A stretch of DNA of 64,000 nt from Malacoraja senta (lineage: Eukaryota), in assembly GCA_038087875.1 (NCBI GenBank), contig JAXLNO010000305.1, positions 62,001-126,000 of the forward strand. The letters run 5' to 3'. Both the position numbers and the translations under genes were made by a program. How positions within the stretch are numbered: the stretch's first letter is position 1; every line of letters begins with the position of its first letter. Positions 13,015 to 26,520 of this stretch are shown piece after piece. The notes beneath the pieces were generated by a model. The model did not search any database and was not told the origin of the DNA. It saw nothing but the letters and a program-made list of their open reading frames with translations.

Positions 13015-14011
13015 GTAAGTGTCTTGTTTGCTTGGGCCATAATAAAATATTGTTCCTTGCATCAAAATCAGATATTGAAAATATAAACAGACTGCTATGA
13101 AATGCCAGTTTTAAATGTGTTCGTATATTTCTGTCTAAAACTGAGAAATTTTCTCCTTAAGTGAATTTGATTGTTTGTGTGAAAACATATTCCTATGTGT
13201 TATTGTATATGAGAGTAGCAATCAATAAAAGCAGGCCTTCATTTAAAAAAAAATATTATTCCTTCTTTCTCTCTACTATAGTAGCTGATGTCAGTTAACC
13301 ATCTGTGTTGTCTAAAGTGAAGTATTCAGCATTGGTCATTATCATATAACATGACCATTATCATTGGTCATTATCATATAACATGTCCTGCAGCCAATCA
13401 CAGAATCATACAGCACAGAAACAGGCCCTTAGGTACAACTTGACCATACCTGACCAAGATGCCTAATCTGTGTTAGTCCTGCCTGCCTTTAGCCCATATC
13501 CCTCTAAACCTTTCTTGTCCAAATGTTTTTTAAATGTTGTTCTCGTACCTGCCTCAACTAACTTCTCTGGCAGCTTGTTCCATATACCCTGTGTGGAAAA
13601 TGTTGCCCCTTGGCCTCCTATTACATTTTTCACCTTAAACTGATGTCCTCTCGTACTTGATTCCCCAGCTCTGGGGAAAAAAACAGTGCTATCTATTCCC
13701 CTCATGATTTTGTACACCTCGCCAACATTGTGTACAACTGTAACATAGCATCCCAACTTATAAATTCAATAAATACCCTGACTGATGAAAGCCAATGTAC
13801 CGAAAGCTGGCTTGACCACCCTATCTACCTGTGATGCAGCTTTCAGAGATCTATGTACCTGCACTTTAGATCCCTCGGCTTTGTAACACTCTCAGAACCC
13901 TGCCATTTACTGTGAAGGTTCTACCTTGGTTTGACTTCCCCAAAATGGTACACCAAGCATTTATCTGCATTAAACTCCATTAACCATTCTTCAGCCCACT
14001 TGCCCAGCTGA

Positions 14012-14593
14012 AATGCTACACTTGTCGCTTTACCTCCCCCCTTAACTCCATCCAAGGACCCAAGCAGTCTTTCCAGGTGCGGCAGAGGTTCATCTGCACC
14101 TCCTCCAACCACATTTATTGCATCCGCTGCTCTAGGTGTCAGCTGCTCTACATCGGTGAGACCAAGCGTAGGCTTGGAGATTGCTTCGCCCAACACCTCC
14201 GCTCGGTTCGCAATAACCAACCTGATCTCCCGATGGCTCAGCACTTCAACTCCCCCTCCCATTCCAAATCCGACCTTTCTGTCCTGGGCCTCCTCCATGG
14301 CCAGAGTGAGGCCCACCGTAAATTGGAGGAGCAGCATCTCATATTTCGCTTGGGTAGTTTACACCCCAGTGGTATGAACATTGACTTCTCCAATTTCAGG
14401 TAGTCCTTGCTTTCTCCTTCTCTCCCCTCCCCTTCCCAGCTCTCCCACAGCCCACTGTCTCTGCCTCTTCCTTTCTTCTTCCTGCCCCCCACCCCCACAT
14501 CAGTCTGAAGAAGGGTCTTGACCCGAAACGTCGCCTATTTCCTTCGCTCCATAGATGCTGCCTCACCCGCTGAGTTTCTCCAACATTTTTGTC
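14012..14593 (+). mobile_element. Penelope-like element 3' fragment: GIY-YIG endonuclease plus pLTR with hammerhead motif
   Basis: ORF 14077-14403 contains IYCIRCSRCQLLYIGETKRRL...QH...AQHF (PLE GIY-YIG). 11-bp TSD tgcccagctga. Inserted in a minus-strand CR1. Confidence 0.9.
14505..14532 (+). ncRNA. Minimal type I hammerhead ribozyme core (CUGAAGA-stem II-GAAAC-GUC)
   Basis: ctgaaga a gggtc tt gaccc gaaac gtc. Minimal hammerheads are established for Penelope-like elements. Activity is untested. Confidence 0.65.
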
Positions 14594-15362
14594 TGCCCAG
14601 CTGATAAGGTCTTAGTGTAATTTTTAATAACCATCTTCGTTATTTATGATACCACCCACTTCAGTATCATCTGCAAAATGACTAATCATGCCTTGTACAT
14701 TCTCAGCCAAATCTAGATACGCATTAGCCATCAACCACCCATCTACACTCGTCCTATTTTATTTTCCACACGGTCCCATCAACTTCCCTCAGATTCTATC
14801 ATTCATCTACAGACTAGGAGCAATAAAAAATGGCCAATTAACCTACCAATCGACATGTGATTGAGATGTCTGAAACCAGAGCACCTGAAGGAGCACATGA
14901 TCACAGGAGGAATTCTAAATTCCACATAGACAGCATTTGAGATCGGGATCAAAGCCGGCTTGCTGCAGCTTGAATAGTTGTGCCACTATCCATGCTTGGT
15001 CTTGAATCTAAATATTTCTTAAGTCTGCCTCAAAACGACAAAAGGTGCATTTGCTTTATGCAGCTGCTAGCTTCAGCCTGGGTTATCTCAAAGCCTCATC
15101 ATGGATTCATGGTGTACATTTGATAGGTGTCAACAATTACTTGCAACTACTCAAAACGGGTTAAGGTGCGATATTAAAAGAAAATGTTGTTACAGGTCCT
15201 TGTAGTTGAACTCTAATGTAATTCTGTTTCTCCCATTTGGGATTTAGTAGATATATATTTAAATGTGGATTCAGATCCTTGGCACTGGTCAGTTTAAATG
15301 GTGTTAACTTTTGTTTCACAAAATATTGTATTAATTTTCTCACTTGTCCTTGAATTGTCTAG

Positions 15363-15446
15363 AACACACATGCAGGATCTTCAGGAGGTGACCCAGGATC
15401 TTCACTATGAAAACTTCCGCTCCGAGCGTCTCAAGCAGGGCGGCAG
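15363..15446 (+). CDS. SEPTIN2: Septin-2 family coding exon ([28 protein letters not shown]); alternative in-frame donor after 15485
   Basis: ctag acceptor, 84 bp, phase 2-2. HYENFR motif. Confidence 0.92.
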
Positions 15447-18400
15447 GTTGTCCTCACATGGTTACATTCTCCCTCTGTCTCCTTCGTACGTACCTGTCAT
15501 CTATCTCTTGACCGTCTCACCCTCAGAAAACATTAACAGAAGCATCTGGTATACCACAACCTGTCCCCAGTTTTTGAAGGGAGGGAATGCAGATAACGTG
15601 CAATACACTGATCCTGGAAGTCCTCTTCAATAAATCAATCAATCAATCAATAAATGCCTGACATTGGCCCAATTCATTCATGTAGAAGGATGTTTGGGCA
15701 GAAGCTATGATTATAATCTTGATTTTTGCAATATATCAATTTGGTATGGAGCAAATTTATCTGATCAGTAACGTAGCTTTGGAACAAAGACTGACCACTA
15801 TCTTTTGAAAATATGTATCTGTCCCTCTTCACTGTGTTGTACCGAATTAGAAAACAGAACGCATTAGCCTCCTTGCAACATGAATTAAATGTTTGCAAAA
15901 TAAATACTGTGCTCTTGAAAGGTCAGGTAAGGAATGTGAAACAGGGTTGACATCTCAGGCTGGTAAACCTCCATTGGAATTTTAAGTTGTGATGAAAGGT
16001 AATCAATCTGAGGTGTTAACTCTTGTATTCTCCATTGTTGCACCCTGACTTGCTAAATGTTCCTGAAAGTTTCTATTTTTATGGGCAGCCTACTAACACC
16101 CTGTCTTTGCCCCAATATGGATAACTCAATATGACTCCAAGTAATAAAGCAGAAAAATATGAATTAGGCAGCTACTTGTAAATATACTTCAGTGGACGAT
16201 AATCCTAATAGCCCATCCTCATTTAAAATGGAAGCTAATGCGTGGCTTGGAAGCTATTGCTGGTCTTGTAGAACTCTCTTTCATCATCCTATTTGCCTCT
16301 TTTGCACAACTCATGTAAAAAAAACGATTCCATGTTGTATAGAGGACCATGGGGCTCCTCCTGACAGCAGTATTGAGGCCCATTAAATATGAATGCATGG
16401 GCTTGAACTCCAACAAAAAAATAGATTTTAAAGAAATCACTTCCTGGGTGATTCTGGGAATTGGGAGGTTGTAGCACACATTGGTGAAAGGTTGTGGTAT
16501 CCAGCTAAAAATTGGTGAAATCCTGAGGAGTTGGGAAGGGCCTTTCCTTTTTATTTGCTTCTTAATTTCTTTATTTAAAGAAAATCTCTTGGGAGATCTT
16601 TTGGGAACCAATCGGACAAGTTCCGAGAGAATCTTAACCAATTCTATGTTTCATGAATTGGATTTTGCACCTCAACCCAGATTAAATCGATATAAATGTT
16701 TTAAATTCTTAATGTTATTTTCATATAATGTTTTAATGTTTATCCTTTCCCCATCTTGAGCAGCACAGTTCCTGAAGTGAAGGTTCTTTGATTTGGTAGG
16801 AATAATTTTGAAATTCCATTGAGCTCCAAGTATGTCCAAATTTGCATTTTTTTAAATAAAAAAAGCACATTTAGCTTATACAGAACACACTTGTAATACT
16901 TTGTTTCTAGGGACAGGCAAGAGGAACATTACAGCAAGTGTAATTACTGATCACATAAAAAATACAGCCATAGACCAAAAAAACATAGAGATATGTAGAA
17001 GAACCAGGGGTCCTTTGAGTGTATGACCATGGATCCTTGAAGATCTTGATGAGTTAGGAGGTTAAAAATGGTATACAACATACTTTCCTTTATTTGCTGA
17101 GACTTGGAATATAACAGTCTTTGCTGGATCTATACACTGGACTCATCTGCAATTTGAGTGTTATGTACAATTTTAATTGCACATTATATTAAAGGTGTGG
17201 GGGTGGGTGGAAGGAATAGGAAAGCGGAGGAGATTTGAGTGTGTTGTTGGTATTGGAAAATTTTGAGGGAAATTTGGATTGGCTTGGAACAGAAAAGGCT
17301 GAAGGGAAACATAATGACCGGGTTTAGAGTAAATAGGATGGGAAAAGGGGCATTAGAAGAGGGGCCATAAGCCAATGAAAGTAATTGCTCTTTGTCTTGG
17401 AAGGATACAAAAAAAATCTTTCTCCCAGAGGGTGGTGGTCTGGAACTGTCTGTAGGGGTGGTTTAGGTTGTAAATAATCCATGAAGTTGTTGTGCTTCTA
17501 AATGGATGCAATCCATTTTCAGCAGCAGCTCTTGCCCACTGGGAGGATGGGATTGAGGAAGAATCTGGTGGAGGTTTCCTGTGGCTGAAGTTAGCATGAT
17601 TGATGTTTCTCCTTTCTTGGCTTTGCCGCGAAGTTCCTGGGCATGTCCTCCACTTCCTAGTCATAAATATTGAGGTTGTGAATTTGTGACCAAATTTTCT
17701 CTTTGCTTTAATTTGGAACTTCATCGATATTATCTTCCTAGAGGCCTTGCTGTTTTTCAATGTCACATGCTGTCCTTGATTTGTCATTCAGTCGGATGAC
17801 ACCAAGTTAGAGTTGGATAATTTGCTGCTGGGTGAAGTCAATGACAGTCACTATTGTTCTTCAAAATGCTCCTTCCAGCAGGCACTGACTGTTCCTAAGT
17901 TTACCTCCATTCTTGGTTCTCAGTGGTGGGCCCTGTGGTGTTTAAGCCATGAATGGCTTTGACTGCACTGAAGAATTTGCATATGCCATGGTTATCAGCG
18001 AGTTGCTAGATATCCTATGATCTCCACCCATCATACACTGTAGCATATGAAGGAATGGGGAAAATAAGGTCCTGTATAAACCTGCACCCACTGTAATATA
18101 ACTCTGATAATAAAATCTCATGATGGCTCTTAAAAACTTTCTGTACTTTCTGCATTTTTAGTACTTTCTGCATTTTGAGAACCATTTCTGCAATGAAATT
18201 CATTATGGCTTTCAGTGCACCGGGCCATCTGAGTTTTTGAAAACCAAAACCTTCAATCTGGTACAAAGCTCGCCAACGAAGCTCTTGTATGCTTCTGAGA
18301 CATGAACTAACAGACATGAAGCTATCGGCACCAAAGCATTGGAGAGAGAATTGATTCTGTAAGAAACTCAATTTCCTTTAACATGATAAGAAAACCAACC

Positions 18401-20356
18401 TTGGCATCCTCTCCCAGCCTAATATCCTCGTGCCACACCCATAATTGCACTCAATGAGCTCTGATGGAGACTCCATGCTTTTTCATGTGCCTGACATCAG
18501 ACCCTGCAACACACACATGCTATAATAAGTTCTGTCACAGCAAGAAGAGGAAACTATTGAAGAATATTCTCCAAAAGCTTCCAGAAAAGCCAATTCCTGC
18601 TCCACAACCATTCAATGAAAATGCAGTATTCAGGGAAACTATTTGTCAGGAACATAGTGTAAATGCAGAAGGACACCACTTCCCAAAGTACTCTCTCGCT
18701 CCCTATCAGTCAAGTATCCCTGGCCCACCTGTGATTGAGTTTTTATCCCACATTGATCTCATTAGTCATTTAAGAACCACAACTGAATTAAAAGTAAGTA
18801 ATTGTCAATTCTGATGGCCTGCCTAAAGAAAGCAAGGCAAAAAGTACTTGATATATATTTGAAGAGCCATGATCTGCACTTAGTCCTTGGGCACGATGAA
18901 TGTAAGATTACGTTAGATGGCTTTCTTGGCTGCAAAGGATGTGATTCTAGTGTACATCCGTAAAATTTGTGATTTGATGTGACATATCTTGTGATCACTT
19001 GCTAAAAGCCTGTTTCATTCTGTGAAAAGAGAATTATCTCATACTAACTGCTCAGCCACTGTTTCACCCTTTCAATCTGATGTCATGTTGATTCTACAAC
19101 AGGTTGTTGCTTTTTGGCAATTGGAAGCAGGCAAAGCTCATTTGTCAGTGTAGTCTGAAGATTTACAATGTTTTCCAATATTTTGGGGCATTTATGAGTC
19201 GCATTCCACCAGATCAGAAGTTGTCAGGCGTCTAATATGTATATGTGGTTGGGCAGGTTAGATAAAAACCCATCAGTGGCCAACTTTATATCAATATTCA
19301 GTATTGAGCAACATAGCAACAGCCATTTAATTCAGTTTGCTTGTTTCTGGATTGGTATTGACAACACCATAGCTGTCAATTCTAATTCAATTTTCCTGCC
19401 CGTGTAGTTCAATACTTTTAAATGTTGTGAATGGTTTAGTTTGTGGTCTAGTCCAGTTATAATATCACATGTAAGATTTTTGTTTACCCCACAATAACCC
19501 AAAAGGCACTGTGGTAATACTGCTGTGGACTGACCCCACAAGCCGTGTGCCCTTCAAACAAAGAAATAAAGCAGTGTGTTCTATTCGTGAATGTGCTTCC
19601 CCATGCTCTTAAGAAAGCTCCCCAGGATAATGTAACTATACCCAAATTTAGTTTTGCTGCACCTATTGGACTATATAATGATTGAAACTTAATGTACTTT
19701 TATTAATTTGACTATGTAAATATCTAATGTTTAAATAATAGACATTAGCAAGGAATGATAAATAGTCCTATTGCACTGGAAAAAGAAACAGTCTGACAGG
19801 ATGGGATTCACATTCTCACTATTTTCCTATACTCTATGTTCACACCTTTTTTCATTTTCCTGCTTCAATGGTTATTAATTTGTTTTTCATTTTATTCAGG
19901 ATTTGTGACTTGGTCATTCGATCAGTGCATTTGGAGTTGCAATAGAGAGCTGATTTGTGGGATATCTCCACGTCACTATTTGAGCAGGATATTTCAGTAG
20001 ATGATGTCTAAGAGACAGTGTGGGAGGTTTGTCCTAATGCCAGCAGAATTGAATTGGTTCTCTAATTCTGGTAATAACAACTAAATATTGTTCTAGTTAG
20101 CTTGTTGAAGATGCTGTTACCTGGTGTGAATATTGAAATGACTGCTGGCTTGTAAAGGTTAACATTGAATAACACAGAAAGGAGGCTCAATAATTCTCTA
20201 GAAGGGGCCATTGTGGGAACAGGTTTTGTGGAGTTCCACTTCTTATTGGCGAGTAGTAATTTGAGGAGAAGGTTAAACTATCAGGACTAGGTAGTGATCC
20301 AGATGAAGGAAGATGATATGAAATGTATCTGTATTTTAAACTGTGCTGTTTCTCAG

Positions 20357-20414
20357 GAAAGGGGAAGAACCACCACAGGATAAGGACCAGATCCTTCTGG
20401 AAAAAGAAGCTGAG
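20357..20414 (+). CDS. SEPTIN2: Septin-2 family coding exon (KGEEPPQDKDQILLEKEAE)
   Basis: tctcag acceptor, GTAGGT donor, 58 bp, phase 2-0. KDQILLEKEAE matches SEPT2. Confidence 0.92.
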
Positions 20415-21463
20415 GTAGGTTTTGCTACCAGGTAGAAAATGTAGTTTCCTCTTTGTATAAAACATCTATTTCTCTTTGTGTTGATCATGTTAACAGTTCT
20501 AACGAATCACACAGTGATGTCATCGAGGAAGCTGATTAGCATTGGAACATTTTAAAGTCACTGGTTAACTTTAAAAATAAATCCTGATCAAGCTTGTGCA
20601 CATTAGTGCTATGATGTCTCTAATCAATTGGTGGTGATTCCAGTTTATGTGAATAGGCCAGATCACATTAGGTTGGACCTGCTGTCCAGAATTTCTGCTT
20701 GCAGTGCCTCCACTCTGGGTGCATATGCAGAGCCCTCTTCACAATTCCTGGGCAGCCATCCTCCTGTCCAAGGGCAATGTCTAGAACTGAGCCAGAAGGG
20801 ACAAATTGCAATATTGCTTTCAAAGTGCCCCAATAGGCTTTCTCCTTCATCAACATTGGGGGAAATATTGTGAAAACTGAAGGTATTTTAAGTTTATAAA
20901 TATCTGTCATTTAGATAATTGGAATATATTTGAAAGTAAATGTAAAGATTTATTTAAAAACACAAACTCTAGTTAAAAATGTTAAATGAAAGAAAAGTAA
21001 TTTAAGAGCTTGTAATTCACTTCCTAACCCTCAGGAATAGAATTCCAAAAGCCTGAAGATGCTGGAAATCTGGGAAACCCCCCAGAAAATGCTGCAAATT
21101 CTCTGCAGTTCTAGCAGCATCAGTGGAATGGGAAAGTTAACATTTCAAGTTTGAGACACTTTGTCAGAAGGGATTAAAACCTCTATTGAAATCATTAGGA
21201 TCCGGAGCCTGCCCCAAGTCTGGCTACCTGTTCACGATAAGTCTAAATCTCTGCATGAAGTGTAGAGGTCCTGGACTAATGGCTGAGCACTAATGTTTCC
21301 CTTCAGAAATAATAGCAAGAACCAGCCTGACATGACTTTGTCAACACCATAGTGTTCGATTACTATCATCTCACTGACCACATGGATATTATATGGAAAA
21401 TGTGCATTTTGGAAACTGCAAAGTTTTCACTGAAGTGACAACATATTTTCTTCTCTCTCTAAG

Positions 21464-21562
21464 TTACGTCGCATGCAACAGATGATTGCCCAGATGCAGG
21501 CTCAAATGCAAATGCAAATGCAGAAACCAGGTGGAGACGGAGACCCCAGTCAGCATGTCTAA
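21464..21562 (+). CDS. SEPTIN2: Septin-2 family last coding exon (LRRMQQMIAQMQAQMQMQMQKPGGDGDPSQHV*)
   Basis: Polypyrimidine tract plus AG acceptor. SEPT2-type coiled-coil C-terminus with TAA stop. GTGAGT donor at 21571, 8 nt after the stop. Confidence 0.93.
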   Translation, partial: LRRMQQMIAQMQAQMQMQMQKPGGDGDPSQHV

Positions 21563-21965
21563 ACTGGAGAGTGAGTAAGCAAAACCCTTGAGTTGATGTG
21601 GAAGATTAACTGTGGTGTAGTGCATGCCGTAAATGTGTTTTGCCAATGAATGGAACGATAATCTGGAAAATAAATTGCAACTCAATGAAGCTTGTCTGAG
21701 GACGAGAGTAAAAAAACACCAATAATTCTGAACTTGTGGTTGTGTGGATGGGATGGTAATCCTTGGAGGGAAATGTCTGCAGTCATGGGGTAACATTGTT
21801 ATTCATTAAAGAATAAAGAGATGTGTGAATTGAATAGCAATTTTTAAGGAAATAATGGAGAGTTGGATATTTTTTGGTAACCCCTTAAAGCCACATGTAA
21901 CTTGGAATCTTATTTCCATACCTGTCAGATGTTTTGGAAAAGGTGAAGTCAGGATTCTCACTTTA

Positions 21966-22100
21966 AACAGTTTATGTATGTATTGTTAAGTTTGTGCACC
22001 ATTGCATGTAGCACATAAGTACCTGCACTGATGTACAGCACTTTGGTCAACGTGAGTTGTTTTTTAATGTGCTATACAAATAAAATTGACTGACTGACTG
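21966..22100 (+). mobile_element. Short L2 3'-end insertion
   Basis: Matches the tail at 57500-57600. 15-bp TSD aggattctcacttta. Confidence 0.85.
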
Positions 22101-22180
22101 AGGATTCTCACTTTAGAAAATATTTCTGTATTAGGAGCCTTGAGTTGGTGATGCTGGTGGTATAGAGTAATGGGGCAAGT

Positions 22181-22348
22181 CATAGAAACATAGAAAATAG
22201 GTGCAGGAGTAGGCCATTCGGCCCTTTGAGCCCGCACTGCCATTCAATATGATCATGGCTGATCATCGAGAATCAGTACCCTGTTCCTGCTTTCTCCCCA
22301 TGTCCCTTGATTCCGTTAGCCCTAAGAGCTATATCCAACTCTCTTGAC
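22181..22348 (-). mobile_element. CR1 3' tail fragment
   Basis: catagaaacatagaaaataggtgcaggagtaggccattcggccc is the reverse complement of the tail at 8520-8607. Confidence 0.85.
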
Positions 22349-22795
22349 AGTCGCAACAGATGGCAATGATAAAAATAAATAATACGCAAAGATTGAAAGT
22401 GTTGCCGTTGATTTAAGCCACAAATTTGGTTCTAAACTGCTGGACTAGTGAGGAAATAAGACAAAGGCTCAGAGGCTTCCAGAATGTTAGCATCAATGGG
22501 TTTTGAAAATTGGTGGAGAATTTCTGGGGATTGATTAAAGGGAAAGTACCACTAGAGGGAGATTAGTGTCTTCTGTTGCTAAATTTAAGCAAGGGCCAGT
22601 AATTGGACCAATCATCTCCCAAGCCTGCAAAGGCTTGGTGGAGAACATGGAGATTACATTTTTTTCCTGGCTGAACATTATGGAACCCAGGGTCACACCC
22701 TCAGCCATTCAGAAAATGTTCACACAATTATGAATCTTTGGAATTCTGTGTCATGAAGGGCTGTGGAGGCTCGATCACTGATCTAATTCAAATCA

Positions 22796-22890
22796 TGTCT
22801 GAAGAAGGGTCTCGACCCAAAACGTCGCCTATTTCCTTCGCTCCAAAGATGCTGCCTCACCCGCTGAGTTTCTCCAGCATTTTTGTCTAC
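22796..22890 (+). mobile_element. Penelope-derived mini-insertion (hammerhead core with GAAA>AAAA)
   Basis: Near-identical to 14503-14593. 13-bp TSD ctaattcaaatca. Confidence 0.85.
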
Positions 22891-23145
22891 CTAATTCAAA
22901 TCAGGAGTCAGTAGATCTCTAGACTATAAGGGAATGGAGATATATGGGATAGACCAGGAGAATGGGGATGATGTAGAAGTGAGAATGCCATAAAGTGAGA
23001 ATGCCATAAACAGGTGGTTTATACCTTTTCCTAAGTGGGTTGAGTTTGGTACAAATAGGCTGGCAATAGAATACATATGGGTAATCTTGGAATTAGTCCT
23101 ATGAATGTGTACCGTTTTTAAAAGTGCACTTTTATCATGTTACAG

Positions 23146-26100
23146 GCAAATATTGAAGAATTCCACAGCCCTGAAGCAGTGGTGAAGGAGGATTTGAAGT
23201 ATAGAGAATGTGGTCTTGGCAGCCTGTGTTGACAGCTGATTTTTAATACTTAGTTCACATTGCAGTGTTGTAATCCTATGCCTGCAATTTATTTGAAGTT
23301 ACTTTCACATTTTATTATATATTGCAATAATTTTGCATTGTTCACATTTTTAAATAATTTTCTACCAATGTATCTTTTATAAAGTTATAGCTTTCGACAA
23401 CTTGGTAAAAGTATTTGCAACACTGGTTAAGGGTGTAAAAGCCACTAGTATTGGGAAAGGTTTGATTATGAAGAAACTCTAACCAATTCTGTTAAGTATT
23501 AGCTGCCTTAATAAATTTGGAGGACTTGGTCCAAGATTTGATTCCAAATGAAGGTACAAAGGTAGATGCTAGTTATGTCAAATTTGGTTGAAATCTTCAC
23601 TGTTGAACTGTTCATGCCTAATTCATTTTTTTCTTAAGATTCCAACATTTGCTGTTTCTTACCTCCAGCACTGTCATAGTATTGTCAGTGCAGTCACTAT
23701 TTAATACCCTTCTCATTCTTTGTGGAAACTATACACTTCTGATCTAGTTGTGCAGCATAGCTTCAAACATTTCGCATTCAACCCTATTATATTAAGAATC
23801 TGTCCATGATATATTTAGAAACCATGACCTGAATTGTTTTTATGATGCAGTCTTTTAAAAGTTCAAGTACACTTATTGGATTGGGCATGGCCATCATTTC
23901 CCACTATAGAACGACTCTTGCGAATGAGTTGTATGAGAGAATATCTTCACAAAATAAGTAATGTGTTGCTTGATCCGACCTGCACCCTAAGCAGTTGTGG
24001 GATGATCGGCATTGTCAGATAAAAAGACGATATTGGTTAGTATCGAAACCTCAGACTTCGGTGGTCTTTTCTACTTTTCAATGAGAAATTGTTACTACAT
24101 TTAAATAAATTTGCTAACATTTAAAAATTAGATGAGTGCACATTTGTTCAATTATAATTCTGTGATCAGTGACAAGAGTCTGCCTGCAAGTGCTCAATAG
24201 CTGTTAGTTTGTTCATTTGTAGACTGGGTATATTTGAATGTGTTCAAAAAATCTGTTGTCTAGAAATCTGAAGCTTCAAATAAATTGCTGCCTGTCCGAG
24301 TGACTGCAGTGTTTAGCAGATGAAGGTTTTTTTTTTTATATGCCTGTTTCAGTATTGCCTCCTGCATGCCAGGACATGCATGAGTTTTAGTAAATGGCTG
24401 TGCCAATTGGAGTTTGCAGGAAATTTGTTTTAATCTCTAAAAAGTGTCACCTGATTATTTTCATTGATGTATATTGGGGATTGGGGGAGCTGGTGGAGGG
24501 TTTTCAGCTTTGTTGAATGGAAGGATTAATTCCATATTTCCATGAATCTGCATACTTTGTTGCCAACTTCCAGCTTGTTGAAATTTGCATTACGAAAATA
24601 ATATTTGGCATTTAATGCCCATACATGGGAAGAAAATCTCAGGTGATTCCATTCTGTGCATCATCCTGTAAATTTAGGATATTTTGGGTGCCTGTTCAGG
24701 TTACTTATCAGTTATTATGACGGTTTCTTGACTACCTTTTTAAAGCGTTGATTTCCAGATCTCTCACTTTAATGAAAACATTTTTTTTTCCCCCTTTTAA
24801 TCCAGCAATTAAAATATATTCAGTAAGGCGTATGTCCCTACGATAAATAAATTCTATACCCTTTGAGTGCATGATCAGATCTCTAAAAAGTGACTATAAG
24901 CAAATCAAAAAGATATAAACTGTAACATTCTTTAAAAAGTTGGACTTTAACTCCACAAACATACTTGAAGATGTAATTCCAAATGTGTAGTCTAAACGAT
25001 TTATTAAAATTTACTTTTACACTAATGTCATCCTTTTCATTTAACCAGCAATGTACATAGCTGTTTGAAAACGGAAGTGTATTGTAACTGGAATGAAAAC
25101 AAAATGCTAGAAACATTCAGTAGCTCAGGCAGCACTATGGAAAGAGAAAGTCAACAGCTCACAGATCTGAGATGCTATCGGAGTAGGTCCTGTACCTGAA
25201 TGTGTAAATGGACCTGTTACAAAAAGAGGTATTGTGAACCAGACATTCCGACAGTGAATTTGTTCAGATTAGTAGTTTGATACATATGATTCGCCTGCCA
25301 ATCCCTGATGTAGCACATTAACTGTGAATTTGATAAGATGCTCTCCGTTATAGTCACAAATCATATTAATGAGCAGAGGAAAGTGCAATTTGCCACAGTT
25401 AATAACTCCCCTCTTCTGAGATGGCACGGAATTATGAACTAATATACTGATGAGATCTAGAAACACAATTATTTTGTATTTTGTTATCTTTGTATTTGAA
25501 AAGTATTAACTTGGTGAAGAGGTGGCATTAGTCACATCTCAATATATCATTCTAATATCACTCTCCAAATAGCAACCAGTTTATACACTCTTCCCATTTA
25601 ACAGATTGTCATGTTTTATATTGAAACTTTTGATGTGCACTTGTGTGGCCTTAAAGTCTACATCTTTTAGGTGCCAATAATTGATTTTAAATTTGTGTAA
25701 CAGGATAATCCTTCATACCTGTCACCTGGCTCTTATTATACTATTGTTTTTGCCATTAATTAAAGCAATTCCTTGCTATATACTTGTGTACAGACAACCC
25801 ACCCATTACACAGGAGAGGGGTTCGGGTTCCCAGAAAACGGTTCATGTTGCGATTTTTCCATAACTCAAAAGCTGTCTCATACACGCATACGTCATGAAA
25901 TGAGAGTTGAAAAAAGTTTTTTGAAAATTCTATAAAAACAAATTCTATTCTGTATCTCAAGTTTTTGGGTGGGGATGTGTCAATTCTGTAAGCTACTCCC
26001 TGAATGGCTGTAACACTGGAGTCGTCTGTATTGGCTAAATATTAGTTAGATAGTAAATAAGTTTGGGGAATGGACAGGGAACAATGCTTCTATAGTAATG

Positions 26101-26520
26101 AAAGCTATTTCCATTTAGTGTGAAGGCAATTCATGTAAAGGGAGTAAAGAGTTTGGTGGATGCATTTTCTGACAACTTTTTTTATACTTTACATGTTGAT
26201 GTATTTGTGATTCATTTGCAAAGCTTTTATACTGCCAAAATATTGATGAGACTGTTACTTCTGTTTTTAAAATGTTAGATTTCAACTATTTTAGAACTGG
26301 TAACCATTTCAGTATTACCCAGTTACCATGTTTGAATTCTGGAATGTTCAGTGATCCAGGATTCTCTCGACTGTACTCAGACCTGTGGATCACCAAATCT
26401 ATTGTTGTAATGGAAGATGAAGCAGCAATAATAAAATGTAACCTTGCTTAACTGCTCAGTAGTAACAATTTTATTTAAATACGTCCTTCACCGAAGTGCT
26501 ACAATAAACACTGTAGACCA
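23146..26520 (+). other. SEPTIN2: Putative septin terminal non-coding (3' UTR) exon; the end is uncertain
   Basis: Donor just after the stop codon; acceptor ttttatcatgttacag at 23145; comparatively repeat-poor AT-rich sequence follows; AATAAA at 26430 and 26503. Confidence 0.4.

Larger units (their letters stand above)
13400..14710 (-). mobile_element. CR1 fragment interrupted by the Penelope insertion
   Basis: VYKIMRGID...STRGH...GIWNKLPE and LGKWAEEWLMEFNADKC. Confidence 0.85.

Noticed and set aside
13330..13386. Short local tandem duplications (also 22979-23010 and 18135-18177)
   Set aside because: Ordinary slippage or repair scars with no functional signal.
15486..15654. Intron-retained alternative septin C-terminus ending at 15633 with AATAAA
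   Set aside because: No similarity support, and AATAAA(TCAA)n looks like a retroposon tail. It cannot be supported without RNA data.
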